A DNA stretch of 64,000 nt from NCBI GenBank assembly GCA_050949565.1, contig JBMNFY010000010.1, forward strand, positions 288,001 to 352,000, read 5' to 3'. The notes under the pieces are model-generated. The model was not told where the DNA came from, did no database searches, and saw only the letters and a program-made list of their open reading frames with translations. This DNA is from Kiritimatiellia bacterium (lineage in GTDB: Bacteria > Verrucomicrobiota > Kiritimatiellia > RFP12 > UBA1067). Positions 48,955-58,946 of this stretch are shown piece by piece. Positions within the stretch are counted from its first letter, which is position 1. Every line of letters begins with the position of its first letter. The position numbers were made by a program, and so were the translations under genes.

Positions 48955-50565
48955 TTATTCAGACGGGAAGAGCATGTGCTCCATAAAACAATTCGAGAAG
49001 CCGGATTGTTGCGCGAGTTCGATGTGTTCCGTGCGGTCGCGCAAGGATTGGGCGCGCGCGCGTTCTGCTTGCGCGAGCAACGCCTGTTTCGCGCCAGCGA
49101 GCGATGCGTTGCCGATGAAACGGACAGCGCTCTCGTCGATGCGCGGCAACAGCCCGATGCGCATGGCGTTGGCGATGCGCAGCGTGTTGCCGAATCCGCC
49201 AGCCAGCAACAGCGCGCCCAGTGAGTGAGCCGTTATGCCGACAACGCACAGCAGTGTTTCGATGCCCGCGCGGATAGCGCCGGAGGCCAGTTGCAACTCG
49301 CGGATGTCCTGTTGGGTGAGGCGAACCGCAGGTTCGCCTGTTGCGTTCCAAGCCAGAGTGACGGCCGCCTCGTCATCGACGTTTTGAAAGCGGCGTGCAA
49401 AATCTGGGGCCGCATCGTCGGGAACGCGTAACGTGCCGGTCTCATCGATGGCACCGAGTCGTAGCAACTCCGCCACCGCATCGACCAAGGCTGAGCCGCA
49501 GAGACCGCGTGCCGGACCGTCACCGATCACATGGCAAGCCAGATCGTCCGTCTCGTGCCAGACGGCGTCGATTGCGCCTGCGGTGGCACGCATGCCTTGA
49601 CGGATACGCGCGCCTTCAAAAGCGGGACCGGCTGCGGTGGACGCCGTGCAAAGGCGTCCTTCGTGCTGTAAGACGATCTCACCGTTGGTGCCGACATCGA
49701 CCAGCAGGGCCGGGTAGGGGAGTGCGTCGAGCCGCGTTGCCAGTAGGCTGGATACCGTGTCGCCACCGACAAAGCCGCCGATTTGTGGAAAGACCATGAG
49801 TTGCGCATCGGGGTGTGCGTGGAGCCTCAGTTCGGTCGCAGGCACGGTTTGGGCATCCGTGAAGGCCGGCGTGAAGGGGGCCTCGCCCAGCGACGACGGA
49901 TCGCGTCCGAGCAGCAGGTGCTGCATGGTGGTGTTGCCAGCGACAACCATCTCGCGGATGGCGGAAACGCTCGTCTGGCAACTCTCGCTCAAGTCAATCA
50001 GGATCACGTTAAGCGTGTCGGTAGCGAGTCGTTGTAGATCGGTCAGGGCGCGCGCGTCGCGGCGGACGGCATCGATACGACTGATGACATCGTCACCACG
50101 TGCGATCTGTTGATTCATGGCGGCGCGCGTGGCGAGTTCGCGTCCGGTGTGCAAATCGAAGAGCGTGCCGGCCACGGTGGTGGTGCCGAGGTCGAAGGCG
50201 ACGCCCAGATGGCCGACGGGGCGAGGGTCATGCGGCGTGTTGTGCGTGATGGTGTCGGTCAGGATTGTGTGCGGGTGGGCATCAGGTGTCGCGTCGGGAA
50301 TATCCACCGTAAGCGGACCGGTCACCGGCGTGGTGCATGCCAGTCGCCAACCAGCATCAAGCTCCGCCTGTGACAGATGGGCAGACGAGCCGATCGCCGG
50401 AGCCTGACCGTCTCGCAACCGCACGCGGCACTTGCCGCAGGTGCCGTTTCCTCCGCACGGCGTTTGTACCGACACGCCCGCCTCGACGGCGGCTTGCAGA
50501 AGCGTCGTGTCGGGATCGACATGCACCGTCCTGCCGCTGGGAAAAAAGGTGACAGGCCAGGACAC
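48955..50565 (-). CDS. 2Fe-2S + ASKHA-domain protein (RACo/DUF4445, corrinoid reductive activator-like)
   Basis: CGGNGTCGKC..RLAC, DLGTTT, GGFVGGD, DVGTNGE, AAGPAFEG. Confidence 0.9.
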   Translation of the reverse strand: MSWPVTFFPSGRTVHVDPDTTLLQAAVEAGVSVQTPCGGNGTCGKCRVRLRDGQAPAIGSSAHLSQAELDAGWRLACTTPVTGPLTVDIPDATPDAHPHTILTDTITHNTPHDPRPVGHLGVAFDLGTTTVAGTLFDLHTGRELATRAAMNQQIARGDDVISRIDAVRRDARALTDLQRLATDTLNVILIDLSESCQTSVSAIREMVVAGNTTMQHLLLGRDPSSLGEAPFTPAFTDAQTVPATELRLHAHPDAQLMVFPQIGGFVGGDTVSSLLATRLDALPYPALLVDVGTNGEIVLQHEGRLCTASTAAGPAFEGARIRQGMRATAGAIDAVWHETDDLACHVIGDGPARGLCGSALVDAVAELLRLGAIDETGTLRVPDDAAPDFARRFQNVDDEAAVTLAWNATGEPAVRLTQQDIRELQLASGAIRAGIETLLCVVGITAHSLGALLLAGGFGNTLRIANAMRIGLLPRIDESAVRFIGNASLAGAKQALLAQAERARAQSLRDRTEHIELAQQSGFSNCFMEHMLFPSE

Positions 50566-50576
50566 CGATCTTCCCC

Positions 50577-51389
50577 TTAAATGGTGTTATCGCCTTCGCG
50601 GTGTTTGTTCCGGCACTCCGAGCAGTAGAAGAACTGCTTGTCCCAGGTGGTCTCCTCCTCGCGACCGCAGGTGTCGCAAACGCGAATCTGCTTGCGATGC
50701 TCGCTGCGGCAGGCTGAGCAGAAGAAGTCGGGGCCGGCCCATGTGGTGATCTCTTCGCGACCGCAATTTTTGCAAGTCCGGTGTTGTTCCTCACGCACCA
50801 GCCGGATTTTATGGGCATGCTCGTCGAGGAAGATCGGGGGCATGTCCTGAATACCGGGGGTCGTCAACAGCATTGCGCTGGTCAGGAACTTACCGTCGAG
50901 ATTCGTCATGCCGACGATCTGCACGCGTTTGCCCATGGTGCGCACACGCCGCAGCAACGGGATGTAGTCGGCGTCGCCGCCCACCAGCGTGGCGATATCG
51001 AACGCACCGGGCAACGCGGCATAGTAAAGCATGGACGAGGCGAGCGCGACATTCACCCATTTGTCGTCCGGCCGCGCATGCGGCTCGCGGCGGAAGTCAA
51101 TTTCAAGGATTTCCGTATCGTACGCGCACTGCAAAGACAGGAACTCATAAAAGGCCTTCTGCTTGGCAGGATTGTACCCTTGCTTGTTCACCGGGATGGT
51201 ACCGAAATAGTTGGTGCGTACCACATCAACCTCAGCATCGAGAACGTCGGCGATCTCATGCGCGATAATATTAGGAATCCGCTTGTAGTCGATTTCGAAA
51301 CCGCTCTCTTCTCCCAGCGATTCAAAGAGTGCCTGACGGCTGTGGTAGAGCCAGCTACCGTCAACAAAAATCATCGTCTTGACCGACAT
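50577..51389 (-). CDS. NYN (PIN-like) domain protein with two C-terminal zinc ribbons
   Basis: IFVDGSWL, GDADYIPL..GKRV; CKNC..CSAC and CDTC..CSEC. Confidence 0.85.
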   Translation of the reverse strand: MSVKTMIFVDGSWLYHSRQALFESLGEESGFEIDYKRIPNIIAHEIADVLDAEVDVVRTNYFGTIPVNKQGYNPAKQKAFYEFLSLQCAYDTEILEIDFRREPHARPDDKWVNVALASSMLYYAALPGAFDIATLVGGDADYIPLLRRVRTMGKRVQIVGMTNLDGKFLTSAMLLTTPGIQDMPPIFLDEHAHKIRLVREEQHRTCKNCGREEITTWAGPDFFCSACRSEHRKQIRVCDTCGREEETTWDKQFFYCSECRNKHREGDNTI

Positions 51390-51505
51390 AACTATTAGCC
51401 TTTCTGCTAGTCCCTGTGTATTTTGGCTGACGTTGCTGTACTATGCCATACAACGACAACGCTCTAATTCCTCGAAATTATGGCAAAACCATTTGGCCCT
51501 GTCTA

Positions 51506-51958
51506 TCAGGAAACCGCAACTTTTATGACGATTTTTTTCACCTGAGAGGGTTTTTCCGTATGGCGCGACGGCAGATGGAGATCCTGCGGAAAAAAGATAG
51601 CGAACATACCTTTCCGCAGCAGCGTGAACCACGACTCGCCCTCGTAGAGCGCGAAATCCTTGTCGGTGTCGTAGGGGTGCGCAACTTTTTGATTGCCGAG
51701 TGGGGCGTACCCCACAAACTCCTCCCCGTCAGCAATGAACTGGATGTCGATATACTTCCGGTGAGCTTCCAGCTTACCCTCGTTGATGGGCTTGGTTTCG
51801 TAGTGCTGCACAAGCGCGAACACCGCATTCCCCGCGATGTCGGTGCGACCAATGGGCAGGGTGTGCACATCCGGCTTCTTGAGGAAGTCGAAGGCAGCTT
51901 TGAAACGGGGGTGGAGGTTTTCGTAATAGGTACTGTTTTTTAGTGTGTCGATAACCAT
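51506..51958 (-). CDS. YhcH/YjgK/YiaL family protein
   Basis: EAHRKYIDIQ, FAIFFPQDLHLP, KKIVIKV. Confidence 0.93.
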   Translation of the reverse strand: MVIDTLKNSTYYENLHPRFKAAFDFLKKPDVHTLPIGRTDIAGNAVFALVQHYETKPINEGKLEAHRKYIDIQFIADGEEFVGYAPLGNQKVAHPYDTDKDFALYEGESWFTLLRKGMFAIFFPQDLHLPSRHTEKPSQVKKIVIKVAVS

Positions 51959-51989
51959 GTCGGGGCCTTTCTAAGTCAATGATCGCCGT

Positions 51990-52451
51990 TCAGGCGGTTT
52001 GGTTGAGGTAAGTGATGAGGCCGGGCAGGGCCTTGCGAATGATGTCACGGCAGCGGCGATAATCATCCAGCGTGCCGCAGAAGGGGTCGTCGACGGCCGC
52101 CGCTTGCGGGGCGTCAGGATCGAACGCCCTCAGGAGAAAGAGCCGGTCTTGCACGGAAGGGGAACGCCGGGCGAGTTGTTCGGCCTGTGACGGCGTCATG
52201 GCAACGACCGCATAGGCATCCCGGAGCATGGCGTCGGTCACACACTGACTGCTGTGGTCTGCGAGCGATGTGCCAACCTCCGCCAGCACATGGAGCACCT
52301 CGGGGGAGGCGGGGTGGCCAACCTGTGCGGCCAGTCCTGCCGAGGTCGCGCGCCACATCGTCCTCTCAGGTGCCATCATATTGAAAAGCGCCTCCGCCAT
52401 CGGACTGCGGCAGGTGTTACCGGTACAGACAAAGAGAATGACATGAGACAT
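51990..52451 (-). CDS. Low-molecular-weight protein Arg/Tyr phosphatase
   Basis: FVCTGNTCRSPMAE, DDPF. Confidence 0.92.
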   Translation of the reverse strand: MSHVILFVCTGNTCRSPMAEALFNMMAPERTMWRATSAGLAAQVGHPASPEVLHVLAEVGTSLADHSSQCVTDAMLRDAYAVVAMTPSQAEQLARRSPSVQDRLFLLRAFDPDAPQAAAVDDPFCGTLDDYRRCRDIIRKALPGLITYLNQTA

Positions 52452-52456
52452 GACAT

Positions 52457-53368
52457 TTAATCCGGTATCATCACACGCCAAGGAACCGTGCCGACGTTTT
52501 TCATCTTAAGCGGAATCGCGGTGGCCATCCGGCCTTTCGGCACAGGCGGCGGCTTGACATCAGGAGCCGCGCCCTCCGGCGGGTCTTTCACGGCTGGAGG
52601 AAAGTTCACATCGGCGGCCGCTGTTTTTGTGGGTTTGTCGGATTTGACGGCGGTGGCTGGCGCGGGTTTATCGGGTTTGGTGGCGGCGGCTAGCGCGGGT
52701 GCCGGTTTCCCGGCCTGTTGGGTCTGGGCTGGCGGCTTAGCCTGCGCGACAGGTGCGGGCGGTGGCGTTTTGGGTGCATTTTTGAGGGCGACCATCTCTT
52801 TGTTCAGCTTTTCGCTCTGCGCCTGCATTTTTTTAAGTTCTTCACGCAACTTATCGAGTTCAGAATCCTGCGCGGCCACGCGGTCGTGCGTCTTAGTCGC
52901 GATGTCACTCACGCCGTCCATCTTCTTGTCGAGCGAGGCGCGCAGTTCGGTGGTGGCTTTCGAGATTTCGCGGACCGACGCCTCGAAGAATGGTTTGGGG
53001 TCGGGAGCCGGCTCGGCAGGCGCGGGCATCACGATGGGCTGGGGCGCGGGGGGCGACTCTTTGGTCGCCAAGGCGACATCAAGCAACTTGGCCTGAACTT
53101 CAGACATGTTGCGCAGCATGAACATGCCGGCGGTAAGGAAACCGGCCACAACGACTCCCATCAAGATCGTAAAGAAAACGGAGAGCTGCACGACGCGTCT
53201 GCGCGCCTGGATGCGTTCAGCCTCGATACAATCTTGAAAGGCCTTGAGCACAGGAAAAGATTCGGCGCTCGCATGCGAGGCCGCGTTGTACACAGCGACC
53301 AGACCATTGCCGGCCTCCGGGGCTCCATAGGGCTTTTCCGGTGAATGCTTGGGAGGAATGTCATTCAT
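52457..53368 (-). CDS. Hypothetical single-TM coiled-coil, Pro/Ala-rich protein
   Basis: 303-aa ORF co-oriented with its neighbours, one TM segment. Confidence 0.7.
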   Translation of the reverse strand: MNDIPPKHSPEKPYGAPEAGNGLVAVYNAASHASAESFPVLKAFQDCIEAERIQARRRVVQLSVFFTILMGVVVAGFLTAGMFMLRNMSEVQAKLLDVALATKESPPAPQPIVMPAPAEPAPDPKPFFEASVREISKATTELRASLDKKMDGVSDIATKTHDRVAAQDSELDKLREELKKMQAQSEKLNKEMVALKNAPKTPPPAPVAQAKPPAQTQQAGKPAPALAAATKPDKPAPATAVKSDKPTKTAAADVNFPPAVKDPPEGAAPDVKPPPVPKGRMATAIPLKMKNVGTVPWRVMIPD

Positions 53369-53461
53369 AGCACTGTAGAGTAGTGGATTTTCGGGGCGCG
53401 GAAAAGCGTAAAATCGATCAAACGCCGAACGTAGAACGATACAACTCCTAAATCCTAAATC

Positions 53462-54709
53462 CTAAATTTTCCTTAACTCCAGGGCGCAGGCGAATGCACC
53501 ATCGGTGTTTGAGCGTGTGGGAATATTCTCAATGACGCCGGAACAGACGACCTCGGGATGCGCTCGGCGCAGGACGGTGATTTGGCGGCGGTTTTCCTCG
53601 TGCTCAAGGCTGCATGTGGAGTAGACCAACCGGCCGCCGGGGGCCAGCAACGTCAGCGCGTTCTCAAGCATGGTGGCCTGAGTCTCAGCCAATTGCTTCA
53701 TGCGCCGGGTTGTCCACCGCCAGCGAGCATCGGGACGGCGTCGCAACACGCCGCTGTTTGAGCAGGGAGCGTCCAGCAGAATGCGGTCGAAGGGCGCGAG
53801 CGCCGCCAGTTCAGGGGATGGCGTCATCGTCAAGTCGCCTTGGAGGACGCTGACCCACTCCTGCCGCGTCCGTGCGAGATTGGCGTGGATTCGCTCGATC
53901 CGATCATCGTGCAGGTCAAGCGCGACGAGCCGGTGGCGCGGATCGTCTTGCGCCGGGGCACCCATGCGCCAGGCAATCTGGATGGTCTTGCCGCCTGGGG
54001 CCGCGCAGGCATCAAGCACATTCAGGCCGGGACGCACGTCGAGCAACTCGATAGCGGGCGCAGTGCCGGGATCCTGCACGACAAAGGCGCCGTCGGCATA
54101 TCCCGGCACATCCTCGACGCGCATGCCACGCTCCAGCTTCCTGAAGGCCTCGCCGATACCTTTCTCTTGCTGATCACCGCCTGTTTCCGCTTTCTGCTGT
54201 GGGGGATAGGCCAGCCAAGTGTCGGGCGGTTCATTGTTCCATTCGCAGAGCGCAAGCGTCTCTTCGGGACCGAAACGGTGGAGCCAGCGGGTGACCAGTG
54301 CATCGGGATGGGAGACGCGTATGCCGATGGGTTGCGTCGCCAACTCACTCAGTACCTGTTCGCGTTGGCGCTGGAGATTACGCAGAACGCCGTTGACGAG
54401 TCCTGCTGTCCGTTGCGACGCCACTTTTGCCGCCTCGACCGTCTCGTTGATGGCGGCATAGTCGGCCACGTCGGACATGAAGAGCAATTGACAGGCACCG
54501 ACCAGCAGTGCGGCCTCGGTTTCACCTTTGGGCATTTTCTTCAGAAACCGCTCCAACGCCCAGGTGAGCGAGCGTTTCCGGCGGACTGTGGTGTAGACAA
54601 GATCGGTGATAAATGCGCGGTTCGGATCATCCGGTATCATCCTGTCCGGAAACTCTTGGGTCGCCAGCCAGCGTGTAATAATAAAAATCGCTTCACGTCG
54701 TGAATTCAT
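53462..54709 (-). CDS. rsmB: 16S rRNA m5C methyltransferase RsmB/Sun
   Basis: NusB-like N-terminus (AINETVE..VNGVLR), DACAAPGGKT, DAPCSNSG, YSTCS. Confidence 0.88.
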   Translation of the reverse strand: MNSRREAIFIITRWLATQEFPDRMIPDDPNRAFITDLVYTTVRRKRSLTWALERFLKKMPKGETEAALLVGACQLLFMSDVADYAAINETVEAAKVASQRTAGLVNGVLRNLQRQREQVLSELATQPIGIRVSHPDALVTRWLHRFGPEETLALCEWNNEPPDTWLAYPPQQKAETGGDQQEKGIGEAFRKLERGMRVEDVPGYADGAFVVQDPGTAPAIELLDVRPGLNVLDACAAPGGKTIQIAWRMGAPAQDDPRHRLVALDLHDDRIERIHANLARTRQEWVSVLQGDLTMTPSPELAALAPFDRILLDAPCSNSGVLRRRPDARWRWTTRRMKQLAETQATMLENALTLLAPGGRLVYSTCSLEHEENRRQITVLRRAHPEVVCSGVIENIPTRSNTDGAFACALELRKI

Positions 54710-54771
54710 GGACGCGCATCATAGAGGAGGGCGTTTTGAAAAGCAAGGTTTGGAGCGTCGTAGGCACTACT

Positions 54772-55143
54772 TCACTTGAAAGGGTCAGTGGTTTCCTGTC
54801 CAGTGTTTTCGGATGAATGGGCTTGGTGATTTTCCGCCTCCGTTTTTCGCACTCTTAGATTGTGCAATGCGCGTTCATTGCCTAACTCTCCAGCTTTTTG
54901 GAGCCAGTACATCGACAACGATTCATCGTATGCGAATCCAAGTTCGTAGTAAAGGTGTAGTCGATACGCGGCCTCTCCGTCATTGAAAGAAAGCGCTCGA
55001 CGTTTCAATTCGACAACCTCGCGCGGTTTCAAATCAAAATAGGTGGGCGTTGTGACTGGCTCATCTGAACCGGAGCACCCTACCGTGCTAAGCCATAGTG
55101 TGCAATGACAAACCAAAATCGCCTCAATCGCTACTCTTTTCAT
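54772..55143 (-). CDS. Putative immunity lipoprotein (Sel1-like)
   Basis: ATG overlaps the toxin stop; TVGC lipobox-like; AAYRL..YWLQKAGELGN. Confidence 0.7.
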   Translation of the reverse strand: MKRVAIEAILVCHCTLWLSTVGCSGSDEPVTTPTYFDLKPREVVELKRRALSFNDGEAAYRLHLYYELGFAYDESLSMYWLQKAGELGNERALHNLRVRKTEAENHQAHSSENTGQETTDPFK

Positions 55144-57511
55144 TTCGTTTCCCCTGTCTTTCCAGTAAAGATTTTCCAAGTACCGTTTCCTCTGGGCTTC
55201 ACTTTCCCGTCAGAATAATATTCGAGAAGTGAATCAGGCCCTTTTACAGTCGTCTCTATCCCCGTTTTCTTTGTCAATTCATTGGCCAATTTCTGTGCGT
55301 TAGAGTTACTCCCCCCTCTGCCCGCATTACATGATGCTAATGAAACGGTTTGCCCTGGTTTATAAATGGGAGACCTCAGGATTTGTTGAGCTAAATCGGA
55401 TATCGCAAGTTCTTTCTTCGTGGCATCAAATAATGCTGTCGGACTTCCATGCATGCCAACACTAAAAGACCCATCGGTTGTTTTGGCTTTGTCAGCATAA
55501 CGTCGAATAGGTTCATTGGGTGGAAACAAATTCATATCCACCCACCCATCGACATCAATACTGTTCACCGGATTATTCCCACAAAACTGATACAGATTGA
55601 TGCCCCCAAACTCCCGTATCGGATCCTCGGATATCCACCTGCACAGCACAGGACTGTAATACCTAAACCCATGATAAACCAGCCCGCTGGCATCACGTTC
55701 TTTGGAGGAGAACGTGAAACGGGGCGTGTAGGTGCCGGTGGCGGAAAGCTGTTCGCCGAAGGTGGTGTAGGCGTATTCGCCGACGACGGCACCGCTTGCA
55801 TCCGTGGCCATGACCACGTCGCCGCGCCAGTTGCTGTGGAGATAGGTTGTGGAAACGGCGGCGTTGTTTTCAAAGCGCGTCTCGGCAATGAGACTGCCCA
55901 CGTCACCGGCGATGCCGATACCGCGCGTGTAGTACTCGCGAATAGTCCCGTCGGCGTGGGCGGTGGCGATGATGTCCATGCCGTCCCAGATGTAGAGGGT
56001 GAGCAGACCGTTCTCTTGCTTCGCGATTCGGCAGCTGTACTGGTCGTACCAGAAGAGGGAGACCGCGCCGGAAACGGTGTTGCTCACGCAGGCGAGGTTG
56101 CCCTCGCAGTCGTAGGCGAGAATCAAGGGCGGGACGCCCATGCCACCGGGGAGATTGGTGATCGAGCCGTTTGCGTCGTTGCCGATCACGGTGGTGACTT
56201 TGTTCACCGAGAACTCGGAGAGGCGGAAGGACGGGGCTTGGCCGTCCTGGTCGACGCGGAACTGGATGCGGACGAGGCCGTTGCTCATGGGGTGCATCGG
56301 GGCGTTGGGCGCGATCCAGCGGCCCGACGCGTCCCGCTCGGCGTCCACCGGAGGCTTTGCCGCCGTCGGGTAGTATTTTACCGTGGCGGCGGGGTCGGCG
56401 GTGCCGGTTATCGTGACCGCGCCGTTGCGGATGTGGCGGGTCGTTTCATCCGCCCTGTTCACCGCGAACGATGCGTTCGGAGCCGCCAGCGCATCCGTGT
56501 ACGGTGTGAATGAACGCGCCACCATCGAGCCGGTGGCCTTGTAGTCGAAACGTTCCAAGTAGGCGGGGGCGGCGTTGGTGCAGGTGGTGGCGCCTGTCAC
56601 CATGCTCTGGAGGTTGTAGGCGAAGGCCGTCCGGCGCTGGCCGCCGGCCGACAGCGTGGAGACGGAGGCGAGGCGGTCGACGTCCCACCCATAGTTAATA
56701 GTTAATAACGAAGAGTGAAGAACGGTGTTGGAGACGGCGGTGGAGGCGGGGCGCTGGAGTGCGTCGTAGGCGCGGTGTTCCGTGACGGCGGGAGTGGCCT
56801 TGGCCAGCAGGCGTCCGGAGTCGCTGTGGGTGTAGGCGGCGGAGGCGTAAGGGTTGGCGACCGAGGCGAGCGCCGGCAGGAAGGGGTGGTGCGTGTAGGC
56901 CTCGGGGATGACAGCCGCGCCGACGGTGAGGGTGCGGTTGGTGACGAAGCCGCGCGGGCCGTAGGCCCAGCCGAGGGAGTAGGTGAGCGGCGCGGTCTGG
57001 CCGGGCAGGCCGGAGAGGGTGACGGTCTGGGAGACGGGGCGGCGGCGGGAGTCGTAAGAGTAGTTAATAGTTGAGGGTCTTGCAAAACCCCTTGCCTACA
57101 GGTGTGGCACGGGCATCTTGCCCGTGTTTCATGGGCGGGACGCCCATGCCACGAGGGGTTTTGCAAGAGCCTCAGTTAATAACGAAGAGTGAATAACTGG
57201 GTGGGACGAGGTGACGTGGCGGACGGTGTTGGTGAGGAGGTCGCGGGCGAGGTCGTGGCGGTTGGTGGTGGAAGAGAACGCTGAACGTCGAACGTTGAAC
57301 GTTGGAGGAGGCGGGTGTGGGAGGCGTCCCAGACGTTGGTGGCGAGGTTGCCGCAGGCGTCGGCGCGGGAGGCGGGCAGGCCGTCGAAGGTGTGGGTGAA
57401 GGATTCGCGGGTGCGCCCGATGGCGTCCTTGCGGGCGGCGAGGCGGGTGAGGCCGTTGGTACGGTTGGCAGCGGGGCCGGCGGTATAGGGCGTGAAGGTG
57501 CGGGCGGTCAT
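55140..57511 (-). pseudogene. Orphan Rhs cassette (5' part disrupted) with caspase/C80-like C-terminal toxin
   Basis: Near-identical to ~60010-61810; 7-nt deletion near 57280 and MITE at 57073; intact 3' ORF 55140-56603 with NPVNSIDVDGW and toxin GMHG..LASCNAG. Confidence 0.85.
57073..57173. mobile_element. 101-bp MITE with IS-type TIRs and REP core
   Basis: gagggtcttgcaaaacccc..ggggttttgcaagagcctc; AGTT duplication (57069-57072, 57174-57177); the empty site is visible in the paralog at ~61506-61525. Confidence 0.92.
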
Positions 57512-57521
57512 GTTGCTTTTC

Positions 57522-57639
57522 TCATTTGAAAGGGTCAGCGGTTTCCTGTCCAGTGTTTTCGGATGAATCGTTTTCAGAAGAATTGACTTGGTGGTTTTCC
57601 GCCTCTGTTTTTCGCACTCTTAGATCGTGCAATGCGCGT
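57522..57639 (-). repeat. Diverged copy of the immunity-gene 3' end (54772-54874)
   Basis: Shared tgaaagggtcag.ggtttcctgtccagtgttttcggatgaat..ttttccgcctc.gtttttcgcactcttagat.gtgcaatgcgcgt. Confidence 0.85.
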
Positions 57640-57640
57640 G

Positions 57641-57937
57641 TCAGCAATATTCCAGTCTCACTTTTTCTGGCAGAGCCGCGACCTTAGCATTGCTGTCGAC
57701 AATGAACCCAGTCGCATGCATTGCTCCTGTTCCGAGAAAACCTTTGTAATACCCCTGTATGATGATTTGGTGGGTACCGTCATCAGAGATTATATGCCAC
57801 ATTGCAAGCGTTGTCCGCTCGTCAATCTGAACATCCGAATACTCAGGAAGGGAAAGAATGTCAGCTATTGGCTTTGAACGAATGGCCGCCTCTTGCCGCT
57901 CAACCCGTTCTACCATCTCTTTGATCTTCGCATTCAT
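57641..57937 (-). CDS. Orphan immunity candidate
   Basis: 98 aa, AT-rich, ATGA-coupled to a toxin-tail remnant. Confidence 0.6.
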   Translation of the reverse strand: MNAKIKEMVERVERQEAAIRSKPIADILSLPEYSDVQIDERTTLAMWHIISDDGTHQIIIQGYYKGFLGTGAMHATGFIVDSNAKVAALPEKVRLEYC

Positions 57938-58028
57938 TTGCCAAGAATCCTTAAATCAAAGTGGTTATACCATGTAGGCTTGCCGTTTCCAATACGCAAA
58001 GTTACACTCACGCCTGTTCATCAAAGCG

Positions 58029-58259
58029 CTATATGTCCCCCGATTCGTTTTGGAGCGTTTGCGTCGCAGGACGAATCTTTGCAAGCGCGGCAACGTTTAC
58101 CTTCAACGCCCCGAGCCGTCCGCACTTTGGGCAAACTGTTGTTTGGATGCCGTAAATGCCAGAGGTTCCAAAAAAGTGTTTCTTTACCGCATCCGGAACA
58201 AATGAAACCCCTTCGAGATGACCATTCACCATTTCTGCCTTACAGTTTTCACATTTCAT
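58029..58259 (-). CDS. Small zinc-ribbon protein, orphan immunity candidate
   Basis: MKCENCKAEM..CPKCG. Confidence 0.65.
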   Translation of the reverse strand: MKCENCKAEMVNGHLEGVSFVPDAVKKHFFGTSGIYGIQTTVCPKCGRLGALKVNVAALAKIRPATQTLQNESGDI

Positions 58260-58296
58260 TTCAGTGTCCTAATTGGAACTCCGAAAAGTCCCTTAT

Positions 58297-58530
58297 TCAT
58301 GTCGTTTCATCAAAGATTGCAATTGCGCCACGAACAGATTTTTTCGTGAGCAATGTGTTGTCGTCTTCGAGGTGCAAATGTCCTTGGCCGGGACGTTTTA
58401 CAAGAGACAGGCACAATGCGGCGAGCCGTTCCAATCCCTGTGCGGTTCCATAAATACACACAGTATCATTTTCAAACCTAAGCTCAAGGTTGCCTTTGTT
58501 AAACTCTGGATACACGAAACCGTTCTGCAT
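58297..58530 (-). CDS. Imm32-like immunity protein
   Basis: VCIYGTAQGLERLAALCLSL..GHLHL resembles the Imm32 pattern (from memory). Confidence 0.6.
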   Translation of the reverse strand: MQNGFVYPEFNKGNLELRFENDTVCIYGTAQGLERLAALCLSLVKRPGQGHLHLEDDNTLLTKKSVRGAIAIFDETT

Positions 58531-58623
58531 ACTATTTCCCCTTATGGACGTCCAATAAAAATCATTTCACCCACCATCCGGCAAGTTGTGGCGGGCATGC
58601 GGCGGCTATCATAACCACCCGTT

Positions 58624-58833
58624 TCATGCGAAATCCAATTGTGTGAGGGTTAATAGCCTAAGCTTTAACCGAACAGGGCGTCCGCATTTGTCATACACAA
58701 GACATCCTTGATCGACATCAGAGTCGAAGTCCTCCAGATTAGTTTCAAGCTCCTCAATGGTAGAATAGCTCTCCACCTCACCATTTTCGAACTGGACACT
58801 GATCGGAAATTGAACCATTTGATTAATCGACAT
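58624..58833 (-). CDS. Orphan immunity candidate
   Basis: AAAGGAG RBS, MSINQ..LETNLEDFD..YDKCGRPVRL. Confidence 0.6.
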   Translation of the reverse strand: MSINQMVQFPISVQFENGEVESYSTIEELETNLEDFDSDVDQGCLVYDKCGRPVRLKLRLLTLTQLDFA

Positions 58834-58946
58834 GACATTCTCCTTTCTCAAAGCGGTTTGCCGGTAAAGAGTCCACGATGTTTTTCGGCTTATGAGGGAA
58901 CTTGCATAACAAGTGGTGAGGGGCAGGTTCTGAACGCGACATCCTT

